Assembly: GCF_000315625.1 (NCBI RefSeq)
Contig: NW_005434575.1
Coordinates: forward strand, 173,236 to 237,235
Direction: 5' to 3'
Source: Guillardia theta CCMP2712
Taxonomy: Eukaryota > Protista > Cryptophyta
Length of the DNA: 64,000 nt
Below are positions 11,116-23,400 of the stretch, piece by piece (position 1 is the stretch's first letter; the number at the start of each line of letters is the position of its first letter). The translations under genes and the position numbers were made by a program. Under the pieces are notes generated by a model. That model searched no databases and was not told the origin of the DNA. It was given only the letters and a program-made list of their open reading frames with translations.

Positions 11116-14100
11116 CTACTGCTTCATGTTGTAAATGTAACAGGACGGGCATTCGTCGCTTGCTGGCTCCTCCTGCGGCTCTAGTGTATGAAAGCTTTCT
11201 ATCGCAAGTCGCCATGTCTCTTTCAACTTCTCGTCCTCGTAGCAGCTGCCGTCCGCTTCAGCAAACCAGTGTCGCCATCTCTTGGCTCTGTTCATCTTCC
11301 CTCTAATGCCCACGATGAAGTTGTTGTTCACCACATACGGCACTCTCCCGCACTCGTGGCATTTCTCCCGGAGCTCTGCTCCATCCCCCCCTATCCCTCC
11401 GTCGTACCATATCCCACTCACGTAATCGCACTCCTCGAGCGTGAAGAGACGGATCTCATCAGTCGCCCTCATCTCCCCCAGCACATGGTTCAGCAGGTCC
11501 ATCTCGTTCGCTACTGGGCCCAGGTACTTGTCAAGACGACCGTCTTGCTGCGTCTGAATGATCTCGTCGTATCTTCTGTCCATCTCCTTCCACAACTTCA
11601 CAGTCGCCCGAGTCGCCCGCAGCAAAGTCCATCCGAACCCGATCTTTCCTGTGTTCCAGAAACCAATGACGTCAGCATCTGCAGCCCATCGTCAGTTACA
11701 AGTCGACCCGTCTCAGTCCCTCACCGGAGTACATCAGGTTCACGTCATAGAGCGGGTTCCGCAACCAGATCGCGTCGGCCTCGAACAGCAGCATGTCGAT
11801 CCCTGCGACGATGAGCCGCTCCATCAGCCGATTCCTGTGCTGGGTGAGGAGGAAGAAGCCGAGAGACTGAAACTCGAAGGCGGAGGGCAGCTCCTCCCCA
11901 TCCACTTTGAGGACGCTCCTCACGATAGTGGCGTTGTGAGACGATCGCCTGAGCTGCTGGTAAGCATCGTCGTCGGAGGCGATGATCAAGGTTCTGGAGT
12001 GTACCCCATCCATCTTGGCGGTATTGCACAGCCAGGACTGAAAGAAAGGAACGTACTCTCTGTTACCGAAGGCCACCAGCAAGAACTGCTCCTGGGCCGG
12101 AAAATTCCAGAGCCTCTGATGTACCCTCAGCGCGATCTCTATTAGGTCTTCCTCTTCTGAAGCAGCTCCTGGACTGCCATCAGGAGGCCATGCGGCATCG
12201 AAGTATGGCAGTTGGAGGCGATCGCTGCAGATGTTGGACCCAGCCTTGCGGCAGTTGGCCATAGCAGAGCTGTCAGTGTCAACGCGCAGCTCCCGAGCCA
12301 TGCCGGAGGAGAAGAGTATCGTGCTATCCTGAGCCGACGAGTCGCAGGTAGTCAGTTGCAAGCTCGAGAAGTAGCAGCCTCGTTCAAGCATCGCCTCTGC
12401 TGCGAAGGAAACATCAGTTTCAGGCGTGGAGATGGAGATTTTTTCCATGTCATGCAACAAGGAGCCGACCGAGATGAGCATGTTGACACAAGTCACAGCT
12501 GGGCACCGCGAGGTGATTCGAATATCAAAAGGAAACACGGCAATGTCTCCCTCCCGATAGCGGAAATCTGCCGAGAAGTCGCAACTTTCAAGCTGATCGT
12601 AAGTCTCCATCCGCGACATGCTAGTTCGATCTGTCTTGTTCAGAACCCTGTTATAGCAGGATGCAAAATTCGTTTCTTCCTGCTCCAGGCACCACCACAT
12701 CTTGTGCGACGAGTCCTCGAACCGGCCATCCACCACCGCAACGTACCTCGCCCCTCTCAAGCACCCCTCCTCCCCTCCCTCTCCCCCTACCTCATGTATC
12801 GATAGCGTGTGCATCCCCCCCTCGTACCACCCCGACCCCTTCACCGGCCCCGCATGCCCCTCCCCCGTCTCCTCCCACTCCAGCTCCTCCCGCGTCAGTC
12901 GCTTCATCGCTCTGCTCGTGACGTACGACTCCCCCCCCTCCCCCGCGTGCGTCTGATGGAAGGCCCTCAGCCCGCCTCCCCCCGCCTCCTTCCACATCCG
13001 CCCCGCCATCCTGTAGCTCCCCCGGCATGACTTGGGATGCTCCCGGTACTCCCCGTCTACCGCCTCCGCGTACATCACACGCTCGCAGTTCACCCCCGAG
13101 TCCAGGAAGAACAAGAACCACGCCCTCTCCTCCTCCGAGTAGTACAGCACCGGGTCAAGCGCGTACCCCCGCACCTGCTCGTCCCGTAGCAGCGCTTGCT
13201 TCCTCCTCCAGCCCCGCGGCCACTCCTCCGTCGACGACTCGTACAGCCATAGCACCGGCTTCGTCGGCCCGTTGGTCGCGCACGTGATCATCAGCCGCCG
13301 CCTCCCCCCTGCCCCCTCCGCCTCGATCACGAAAGGCCAGCTCAGGTGCCAGCTCTCTCTCAGCACCACCCCCTCGTACTCGAAGCTGCACAGCCCGTCC
13401 CGGCTCACCGCCAGCCCGATCTCGCCTCGCTGGCAGTCGTTGTTGAGCACCTCCATGAACAGGTACCACTCCCTCCCGTCCCCCTTCACCAGGAACGGAT
13501 CCGCCAGGTACAAGCCCCGCACGTCCTTGACGTCGCCTGAGGTGAGGATGGGGGGGGCGTGGGAGGCGCTGGCGATGGCGTCTTGCATGGAGTCACCCAG
13601 CCCGATCCCAATGGACCAGATCATATTCAGATGAACAGGGTTGGAGGCTGTTGGAGCCGAAAGTCTCTCGTCCTCTTGTTGGCTGTCGTCCTCCGCTGCC
13701 TCAAGAAGTAGGAAGGATTCACTAGATTTCTTCCTCATGATCACAATGTACCCGCCGTCGTAGAAGTCATGGATGAAGACTTCATCGATGAAGGGGAGGA
13801 ACAGCCATTCTTTCCAATACCTGTGGCTCATGCCTGTCCTATCTTCGATGATAATCCAGCCTCCCGGCTTTGCTATCCGGATGTTCTCATGGATAGTGAC
13901 TTCTCGCTCTCTATCGTCCAAGTGCGCGATCACTGCAAGGCACAGTACGATGTCGAAGGATTCCGACGGGATCCAACCCAACTTGGAGCAATCGCTCGCG
14001 CAGAAATGACCTTGCGGCATGAGCCGTTGGATCACGTCGATGCAAGGATGCTGGATGTCAGAACCTGCCAACTTCAGGCCCGGAAACCACAGAGCAACAA

Positions 14101-15760
14101 TCTCCAGCGTGGTTCCCACTCCACAAGCGTTCTCGAACAGCAGCTCGTCTCCTGCCACGGGTATAAAGTCGAGCATCTTGTAGGTTCGATCTGCCCAGTA
14201 ACGCCATGGCAACGAGACTGTCGGCACTTGACCTGGCGGTCCTCCTCTCCAGCTGAGCCAAAGAGGATCCAATTTCGAGAAGTCAGCACCGTCATATTGA
14301 TTGTCTGGTCGACGATACTGGCAATCGTAGTTCTTGCTGTTATTACGGCACCAATCCTCCTTGTGTTGGAAACAACTCATATGCTCGAATAAAGATGAAT
14401 CCGGCCTGACTTCCGGTGCAACTTGGTCAGTCCCAAGAACAATGCTGACCTTCAAATCCGCCTGTCTCAACATGGACAAGTGTAAAACAATAGGTTCGTT
14501 GTCAAATAATTGAAGGAGATTGCAAGCAAGCCTCTGATGTATGCTAGCAAGATCACATTCCATCTTCAAGTAATCTGCAAATCCTCCATGATAACTGATG
14601 GAGAAGCTATCGATCGAGAGATTGTCTATGACAGAAACAATGAGCTCCTTGCTGCCATGCATCGAGCTGTTGCTTTGAATGTAAAGTATGCTGCCTTGAA
14701 GTTTGAAATCTAGATCCAACATCCACGCATTAGATGACGAGACTGTGCTGAAAGATTTGGTGAGCGCTTTGTAAGGACCAAAGGGATTGTTCGAATGATA
14801 CAACTTTGAGGAACAAACTCCACTCTCATTGATACATGATAAAACAGTGAGGAACCAGTTGCCATTGGACTTGAAGATGTTTGGATTTCGGAACAACGAT
14901 CCCTGCAGTAAGGTTCCACTTTTCCTCCAACCAAACGGAAAGTTTTGGGCGGCATACAACTTGATGGACTTTAGAGTGGGAGAAGATACCAGCATGTACC
15001 AACTATCTTCACTCCTGAAAATGTGAGGGTCGGACATCTGATGAGCTTCCGACAGAACAATCTTATGCATTGACCAACTGACCAGGTCCCTGCTGATGAT
15101 CACACCGATGCTACCCTGATCCGGCGACTTGAAGGCAGCCATCTTGTGAAAAAGGTAGTAGAGTGGAGGAGAGAGTCCGTCCGTGACCAGACAAGGATCC
15201 TCGAGCTGGTCCACCTGACCTAGACCTCTGTACAAGAGTGGGGAGACCATGGCCTGAGGGCACGTCTGAGACGGCGAGAGGTCTTCGATCCGTGACAAGA
15301 CTTTTAGAGCCCGTTGGCCGGCAGACCCCGGGAGCCTCGTGACCTTTCCGCAGTATCGAAGCGTGCAAGAGCTGAACCTTTGACTGCTGCAGTCTGATAC
15401 CATCCAGAGGAAGGTCGAAGAAAGATTCTCGCTGGGTAATGGATACTCGAGGCTGAAAGAACATCGAGAAGAATTCTTGTCGGGGATGTACCAGCACACC
15501 TCGCTCAGCTTCTGTTTGGAGGTGACATGGCTATCACATCCTATAAACGAATCTGAGAGGCAGACAGAAACATGTCCCAGCAACATCTCCTCGGTTGCTC
15601 CGTGCTCTATTGAGAAATGCAGCCAGGGGACGTTGTCAGGCTTGTGGAACAAGTTGACATCTCCGCTGCATTCCACATCCGCATCATCAGCGCAGGAGCA
15701 ACAAGACAAGAAGGAAGAGATGAGGAGGGCCAAGAGGACGAGAGAGGATAGAGCCTTCAT
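11116..15760 (-). CDS. Secretory-pathway multidomain glyco-enzyme: signal peptide, GH43/GINT1-N-like propeller, class I SAM methyltransferase, second propeller, GT77 nucleotide-diphospho-sugar transferase (one intron 11679-11724)
   Basis: Signal MKALSSLVLLALLISSFLSCCSCA; EDPCLV..GSIGVIISRD..MSDPHIF; ENACGVG..SFDIVL..RIAKPGG; LADPFLV..YLFMEV..GEIGLAVSRDG..WHLSWPFV; SWLCN..LLFEADAIWLRNP..VVNNNFIVG..KMNRAKRWRHWF. Confidence 0.8.
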
Positions 15761-15979
15761 CGGTCTGCCAGCACGAGGAAGACTACAGCCCCTTCACATC
15801 CTCCTCCTCCCTCCCCACTCATACTCTATCCCATCACTCCATCGCATTCCAGGATATCACTCATCAATAAGATCACTTCGATTAAAACCTTAGAGCAGTT
15901 TTTTCGCTGCCTTTTTACTTTTCTAGTTTTATGTTGAGGCGGACTTGTTAGTTTACCCTTTATATCTGTCGGACCTTGT

Positions 15980-17645
15980 GGCATACTGGCAGTAAAGTCA
16001 TTGGCTACCTCGCTGCTAGACGACGTGAGCTCGCCTGCCCTCCCTCTCAACTTCTTCCCCTTCCTTGAGCCAGCCCATCCACCTAGGCGTGATGGCTCCT
16101 CCGAGTGCAGGACTTTCCGCGGGCCCTTCCCCGTACGGTCACTCCCCGCCGCCGGGAGTCCCCCGGTCGGAGTGCCTACCGTACCCCTCTCTCCGAGGCC
16201 GCCTTCGACCTCTACTTCGGCGGAGAGGAACCGAGAATAACTTGCCCCAGGAGGCAGAGCAAGTGGAGGCAGAAACCGCAACAATCTCCGCAGTGGGTAA
16301 AACTTCGCTTGATCCGGACCCCTGGCAAGCCTGGGTGGGGGACCCGTCGGAGCCCGGCTCGGTACTACCGTAGTACCGTCCCGGCCGGATCACACAGCGG
16401 GCCCATCCGAATAGACGCGACGGTTTCGGAGTCACCGTTGCCAGCGCTTGGGCCACGTGACTCCTTCAAGTTTCTTTTTTTTCCTTCAAGACCGTCTGAC
16501 ACAGCGGCGGTCCGACGGTCCGATCCGGCCGGCCGGGTGGCTCCGCATATCTAGCAATGAGCAACTTAACTCTGAGTAAAAAGAAGCAACGGAGTCATAA
16601 TGCGAGCCTTACGAATAACCTCGCCGCTCCCGGACCCTGAGGGCCCGGCTCGGAGTCTCACAGAGGCTCGGAGTTGCCTTGAAGGCACTGAATGATGACC
16701 GTTCGACATCGGGACATTGAGGTCCTCGTGATAGTCAAACATTGCTGACAGCTAAAAAGTCGTAGTCTATATCTTTAAAAGTCTAGTCACACGGTAGTTT
16801 GCCATGATAGCTAACCGTTTCGAGTTGTGCACCTCAGCGGCATGCTGGCAGTAAAGTCATTGGCTACCTCGCTGCTAGACGACGTGAGCTCGCCTGCCCG
16901 GCCCTTCCTCTCAACTTCTTCCCCTTCCTTGAGCCAGCCCATCCACCTAGGCGTGATGGCTCCTCCGAGTGCAGGACTTTCCCGGCGCGGGCCCTTCCCC
17001 GTCACCCCCGGAGTCCCCCGGTCGGAGTGCCTACCCCTCTCTCCGAGGCCGCCTTCGACCTCTACTTCGGCGGAGAGGAACCGAGAATAACTTGCCCCAG
17101 GAGGCCGGGCAGAGCAAGTGGAGGCAGAAACCGCAACAATCTCCGCAGTGGGTAAAACTTCGCTTGATCCGGACCCCTCCAAGCCTGGGTGGGGGACCGA
17201 GCCTCGGTACTACCGTCCCGGCCGGATCACACAGCGGGCCCATCCGAATAGACGCGACGGTTTCGGAGTCACCGTTGCCAGCGCTTGGGCCACGTGACTC
17301 CTTCAAGTTTCTTTTTTTTCCTTCAAGACCGTCTGACAGAGCGGTCCGACGGTCCGATCCGGCCGGCCGGGTGGCTCCGCATATCTAGCAATGAGCAACT
17401 TAACTCTGAGTAAAAAGAAGCAACGGAGTCATAATGCGAGCCTTACGTCTCTCATAACCTCGCCGCTCCCGGACCCTGAGGGCCCGGCTCGGAGTCTCAC
17501 AGAGGCTCGGAGTTGCCTTGAAGGCACTGAATGATGACATCGGGACATTGAGGTCCTCGTGATAGTCAAACATTGCTGACAGCTAAAAAGTCGTAGTCTA
17601 TATCTTTAAAAGTCTAGTCACACGGTAGTTTGATAGCTAACCGTT
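15980..17645 (+). repeat. Tandem duplication of an about 830-bp GC-rich unit (15980-16819 and 16839-17645)
   Basis: Both copies begin GGCA(T)(A/G)CTGGCAGTAAAGTCATTGGCTACC and end GATAGCTAACCGTT; long stretches are identical. Confidence 0.95.
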
Positions 17646-17955
17646 ACCTGCTGACGGCCGCCTCACGTCGTATTCGACCTTCTTATACGCCTTGAATCAA
17701 GGGTCCTCTAGTACTCACTTTTCTCGAGTCTGGGCCTATGTAAAATAGCTGAGGTTTCCACCCAAACCCTTTTTGACCTTCCCCTTGGGACGAAATATAG
17801 TGCTTCCCTCGTTTCGCTTCTTCTTCACCCCCTCTCGCCGACTGCTACATCGCCCTCCCTCCCACGCTCTCACGCCTCGATCTCTCTGAGGTCTCGCCTG
17901 CCCTTCCTCTCAACTTCTTCCCCTTCCTTGAGCCAGCCCATCCACCTACGTTCTC

Positions 17956-18318
17956 ATGGCTCCTCTGCACGACTCTCCCTCCCCCGTCCTCCCTCTCCTC
18001 CCTACCCCTCTCTCCGCCTTCGACCTCTACTTCGGCTCTGGCTCCCTCGCTGCCTGCCCGCCCTCCGACCCCTCATGCCTCTTCCTTGACTGGAGCACAG
18101 TGGGCTTGGACCAAGGGAGCCGGGAGGCGTGGATGGAGGCCTGGGAGGGGCCGGGCCTTCCAATAGAGAAGGAGGATACAGATTTGTTGGAATGGAGTGA
18201 TACAGAGGACGTAGAAGACGACAGCAAGCGAGAGAGCAGACAGCGAAGGGCAGATACATACAGTAAGCGATTTATGATGGCAAAAAGAAGCAGACCAGTA
18301 AGATTTGGGACTATGTGA
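17956..18318 (+). CDS. Small repeat-associated ORF (MAPLHDSP family), copy 1
   Basis: 120-aa ORF; first 53 aa nearly identical to ORF 19893-20258; both tails contain SDTED. Confidence 0.4.
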   Translation: MAPLHDSPSPVLPLLPTPLSAFDLYFGSGSLAACPPSDPSCLFLDWSTVGLDQGSREAWMEAWEGPGLPIEKEDTDLLEWSDTEDVEDDSKRESRQRRADTYSKRFMMAKRSRPVRFGTM

Positions 18319-18765
18319 TCTGAGGGAGACAGAAGGAAGAAATGGATACAGCTTTGTACATATTGAGTAAACGATTCGCAAACTTTCAGTTCCTTTCGCA
18401 GAGTTTGTCAACGAATTCCGGAAGAAGGGTCCAACATCTTGGTCATCTTGACCTCCTGTCAAGCGGTGGAGGAGAAGACCTCCTCACTTTCCTCTTAGCT
18501 AACCTTCTTGCTTGTGGCAATTTCCAGAAAAATTGCGCACAGCACTAAGAGGGCAGGGCGGGTAACTTCAGGCAGGCTACTGAACGGTAAATCATGCAGA
18601 CTCTTCAGACCCAGTGATGAGCGCCTACGATTCTGTCCCGGCCAGCTCGGGTTCCAACGGTCACGGTCCGTGTTGCAGATGACGGCAGCCAGCCGTCGGA
18701 GTAACGGGCCGGCCGAGCGTGCCCGGCATAATTGACAGGGCGGATTGCCTCTGACAGCCGGGCGT

Positions 18766-18933
18766 GTGGTAGTACTTGTGTAGTACTTGTGGTACGGTAG
18801 TACTTGTCACTCCGGTAGTACTTGTGGTAGTGCTTGTTGTAGTACTTGTTGTCACTCCGGTAGTACTTGTGGTAGTACTTGTGTTAAGTTAGTACTTGTT
18901 GTCACTCCGGTAGTACTTGTGGTAGTACTTGTG
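18766..18933. repeat. Minisatellite of GTAGTACTTGT(G/T) units interspersed with GTCACTCCG
   Basis: About a dozen AGTACT-containing units read directly. Confidence 0.9.
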
Positions 18934-19249
18934 ATAGAGCTACAGAGTGACCGGCCGATGATCTCCGAGCCGACTTGACTGGTCTTACTTGTATCCACTT
19001 ACGGTTGATGATGTCTGATCCATACAGGTCCTTTAACCCTAGTGTAGTCTCCTTTTCTGTAACACCCGCCATTGCCCCCTGCCTCCTCCCCCCTTCTTGC
19101 TCCCTCCCCTCCCTACCCCTCTCTCCGTCTTCGACTCCTCTGCTTCGGCTCTCGCTCCCTCGCTGCCTGCCCGCCCTCCGACCCCTCATGCCTCTCAGGC
19201 CCGCCGGTAAAGCAGCTGAAACCCTCTCTTCATTCAAAGTTAAGTCACC

Positions 19250-19680
19250 TGCCCAAAAATCAGTCACTGAGTACGAGTATAGTACCCAGTGACCGTGCGG
19301 TCCGATCACCGGACCGCCCCGGGCCCGCGCTCTCGGCCAGGCCGCGGGGGCCGTCCGAACTCCGAGGCTCAGCACTGGCGGGGATCTGCCCGCGGCCGGG
19401 CACTGAGACTCGGCCCCGGAGTGGGCCCGGGAGCCGGCCCGGGCTGCGTCCGATACCGTACGGTCACAGTGACGGTGCCCTGCCAGTATCCAAGTTTCAA
19501 AAGTTTGGACTGTCGAAGTTGGTCACCGTGGCTGAGTCCGGTCAGGTTTGGATATTCGAAGAGACTCCGAGGCTTCACTGCCGCCAAGCGAGTGACTTGT
19601 AAGCAAGACCGTCAGCAGATCATCGGATATGCGGCACCAGCGGGTAGGCGTAATGGCGTAGGTCGGATCATGCAATGAAT
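19250..19680. repeat. GC-rich micro-palindrome island
   Basis: Dense CCCGGGCCC, CCGTACGG, GGTCCGATCACCGGACC, TCAGTCACTGA hairpins around an AAGTTTCAAAAGTTT core. Confidence 0.7.
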
Positions 19681-19892
19681 CGACGCGTTCTGAAACCTAC
19701 GGCACGGTCTTTACTCGTATCTTCACTCGTATCCATAACTTATTAGCCTCCCGGGACCAAGCCCAAAATTCACCCCCTTCCCGAGAGTCACCCTCCTCCT
19801 CACTTCTACTCCTTGTTGCTCGCTACTTGTCCTTACTTCTCCCTTCTCCTCTTGCCACCTGAGTTTCTGTTCGTACCCTTCCGACAGATACC

Positions 19893-20258
19893 ATGGCTCC
19901 TCTGCACGACTCTCCCGTCCCCGTCCTCCCTCCCCTCCCTACCCCTCTCTCCGTCTTCGACCTCTACTTCGGCTCTCGCTCCCTCGCTTCCTGCCCGCCC
20001 TCCGACCCCTCATGCCTCTTCCTTGACTGGAGCACAGTGGGCTTGGACCAAGAGAGCAGTGGCGGCAGAGCGTCAGACGAGGAGGATGAAGTTACGCAGC
20101 AGGAGAGTGATACAGAAGACATGGATGGAGACTGCAGGCACGAGTGCAGGGCGATATGGGTGGCTGCATACGGTAAGCATGGTCACGATAGGGATCAGCA
20201 AGAGACGGCGATGATAAAACAGATGCAGAGGAGCAAAGCATGTCTAGGGAGACAGTGA
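19893..20258 (+). CDS. Small repeat-associated ORF (MAPLHDSP family), copy 2
   Basis: 121-aa ORF paralogous to 17956-18318. Confidence 0.4.
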   Translation: MAPLHDSPVPVLPPLPTPLSVFDLYFGSRSLASCPPSDPSCLFLDWSTVGLDQESSGGRASDEEDEVTQQESDTEDMDGDCRHECRAIWVAAYGKHGHDRDQQETAMIKQMQRSKACLGRQ

Positions 20259-20413
20259 AGGCAGAGAAGATAAAGGGAGGAGGAAGGGGGGGCTCGGCTT
20301 CTCTTCTCCTTCCCTGCTTGACAGGAGGGTGAGCTGAAGAAGATCCACACGAGAGGAGGAGCAACACCAGCGAGTTCGAGCTGTCGATCGTGACCAGCAT
20401 ATCTTGTATGGTA

Positions 20414-23400
20414 TCAATCTCGTGAGAGCTCATCAGGTCTTACTGGCATCATCGGTCGATATCTGCTTGAGGGGACCGGTTTAGTACTCTTGGCCTTTAG
20501 TTGCTATATCAACTTGTATTATCTCCTTGAATGATCTCCACTCACATGGCCGCTATCACCTCCGAGCATGCCAGCACCCGCCATCTCTCCTCTCGTACCT
20601 CACGCCAGCTCACGGCGGAGGAGCTTGCAAGTAGGTCACGGCTTCTTCCGACTGGCTTCCTTGAAACTCCCAGTCCCACTCCAGCGGCGCTCGCCACTTC
20701 CCGCTCGACACGGGGCACGCGTACATCCAACGGTCGTAGAGAGGATTTCCCAGCTGCGCACTCGTGACTCGACCAGTCGCGGTGCACTCGCGGGTAGGGT
20801 TGCCATTGACGCGCATCCTCGTGAGGACATCGAGAGCTCGCCGCTTGCCCGGGTTGGCGTCGCTCGATCCTGCTGGCGGTGATCAGAGGAGAAGCGAGGG
20901 AGGGGAGGGGAGGGGGGCAACTGACAGCCGAGGGGGAGGCGGCGAGTAAGCAAGTGGACAGTGAGGGAGGAAGGAAAACAGTAAGAAGGGAATGAACGGG
21001 AAGGGAGGGAGAGAGGAGGGCGAGCAAGAGGCATATAAGCCTAGTACCTCCCGTGAGCTCCTCTGCCGTGTATTCATCGAAGGTTCTCTTCTTCTCGAGG
21101 GGCTTGAACGGAAGTCCGTGGGTTTGAACTGTGTCATCCTAGGTGGAATCAGCGCGAACCTGGTCGACCAGTCGAGTACCTGTCGGTCGATCAAGTCCAT
21201 CTTGTAATATCCACAAGCTTTCGAAAGGAATCCTGAAGAATTCCAAACGCCTCACTCTAGAGCACAGGTCAAACTGCTCATGGACAATTACCTGGTTGCG
21301 GCATCGCCAGGCACAAGAAATTCTGAAGGGACTGCAGCAGTATCAGCCCCGATTCCGGCGATCTTCAAGCTCACCTCCTGATCAAACCCTGGCTTCGAGA
21401 AACGCGCGTTCAACTTCTCTGGAAGGCCGATCTCGGGGTCAACCTGGCAGACGGGGCACATTCAGCGCACTAGTGAGATCAGGGTAGAACGGACCTTGTT
21501 CTGAGCCAGGATCTCCTTGAACATCCTGTGCTTGTCCGCTACCGTCTACGAGCATCCCGTCAGCACCTCGACCACTAGGAAGATCCAGAGAGACCTGAGG
21601 GTTCTGCTCGGTACCGCTCGCATTCCTCGGGACTTTGTGAGCATTCAAAATGTTCTCGATGATCTTTCAAAGGGGGGGAGACAGAAGTCAGAGAGCAGGG
21701 GAAGGAGAAACAAGCAGACCTCGATCAGATACTTGATGTCAGACTCGTCATATGGGAGGGACGTAGTTTGAATGTCCGAGTCCAAGATCATGGTCGACGT
21801 CCCCATGTCGGTTCCCATGGGGTCCATGACGACGTCCATGCCTTTGGAAACTCATCAGTGAAAGAAGACCAGGAGCTTCAGTCGGATACTTGATAGGTCG
21901 TCAACAGGAGGGGGAGCGTGGACGGTGGGGGTAGGAGGTGGAGGAGGAGCAGCGACTGTGTTTCCAGAGTTGTCAGCTCCACTTGCGCTTGTGTCCTGAA
22001 AATCAAACAATCAAAGGGTCGAGTCATAGCTGCACCATCCCTTTGCCTCCTTCACCTTCGGCTCCTTCGGTTGGCTGTCCCTCAGCTGCATCAAAGATCA
22101 GCTGTGCATCGGATTGAGACAGAGAGACTGGCAGACCTTCTTCAGGTAGTAGCTCAACAAGTCTCGAGTGAAGGTCAGGGCCTCGGGATCCAGCAGGAAA
22201 TATTTCCCAAACAGCATGCGAGAGGCAGCGCTGGTGTCGGCCCCACCCGCCTGCTGCGCTTGTCTCGACTTCTCACTCTTGATGATGTTGGTAGTGGCAT
22301 GCCTGGGACCCATCAGGTCAGAAGACATGCAGCGACTGGCTGGTGAGTACTTGAGATTCCAGACCGTCAACCCTACGATGCTTTCCCCCATGGTCAACAT
22401 CATGTCGCTGCACAACGCCTGGGAGCCGATCAGAGATCCGACGGCCACTGGGCGACTTGCGGTCACCTTGAGCCTGCTGGTAGATGCTGGCGAGACTCCA
22501 GCGTTCGCTGAAGAGAGAAGTCCGTGAGCAGGAGCAGAGCTGAGAGCGAGGAACATCCAGCACCTCGTTGGGCTGCCTGATCGCCTCGGGGCATGACCGG
22601 CAGTGCGAACCGGAAGCAGTCGAGGAGGTAGAAGAGGAGCAACCTTGCTTCTGAGGACGTGCACAAGAACTTGACAAGGTGTCAAAGCTTGAAAACGTCG
22701 CAAGAGTGAGAGCAGTGCTTTCCCACCTGGTGCTCAGCTGACATGGAGTGAATCTTGATCGTCATGATCTCGTAAGCATGACGGTAAAATCTTCGTTGCT
22801 GAAAGAGAAGTGGCATCAGTTCCGATGAGAAATCTCCTCTTCTCCCCTCCATTCCCCTCCCCTACATTATCTGGCATCTGCTTGTTGTTTTCACGAAGAA
22901 GCTTTACCACATTCTGAGAAATCATCAGCATCCTGTCGGCCGCATGCTCGGCTTAGATGCGGCAAGATAGGTTCCCACCTCCATGATAGAGAAAGCCATC
23001 GGGTGCGAGGTCATGATGCCGCCAAGAGCAATCAGCGCGTCCCAGGCTTCGCTCAACTTCGCCAAGCTCACTTCAAGCTGATGGACCTGGCGGGTACGAA
23101 CAGTCACGGTCTACCTCTAAGAGCAGGTGTAAGCACAATGTGAGAAGCAATCGACTGAGGCGTTGCGGTCTTGTCGAGGGCCCATGGGTGCGCCATCTCC
23201 ACCACCTGCTTGCAGGCATGAGCCGACAATTTCAAGTCTCTTGCTTCTCTGCCTTGGCTCGTCCTGCGCTGTCCAAGAGGAGAGCGCAGTTGCCTGTTGG
23301 TGAGCTGCAGCCGTTGACGATACTTCCGAACACAGTCACGTGCGGATCATAAGGCGCTTGCTGATCAGAGATGTACAGTTAGAATCATCTTGACAAAGAT

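Noticed and set aside
1248-15760. Sphingolipid gene cluster (EEP sphingomyelinase-like + GINT1-like propellers)
   Set aside because: Separated by unrelated genes (VPS25, ankyrin), and substrates are unproven.
15980-17645. LTR pair of a retrotransposon
   Set aside because: Copies are only about 20 bp apart, with no TG...CA ends, PBS/PPT or internal gag-pol.
18766-18933. CRISPR-like array
   Set aside because: Units are 11-12 nt with no unique spacers, context is eukaryotic, no cas genes.
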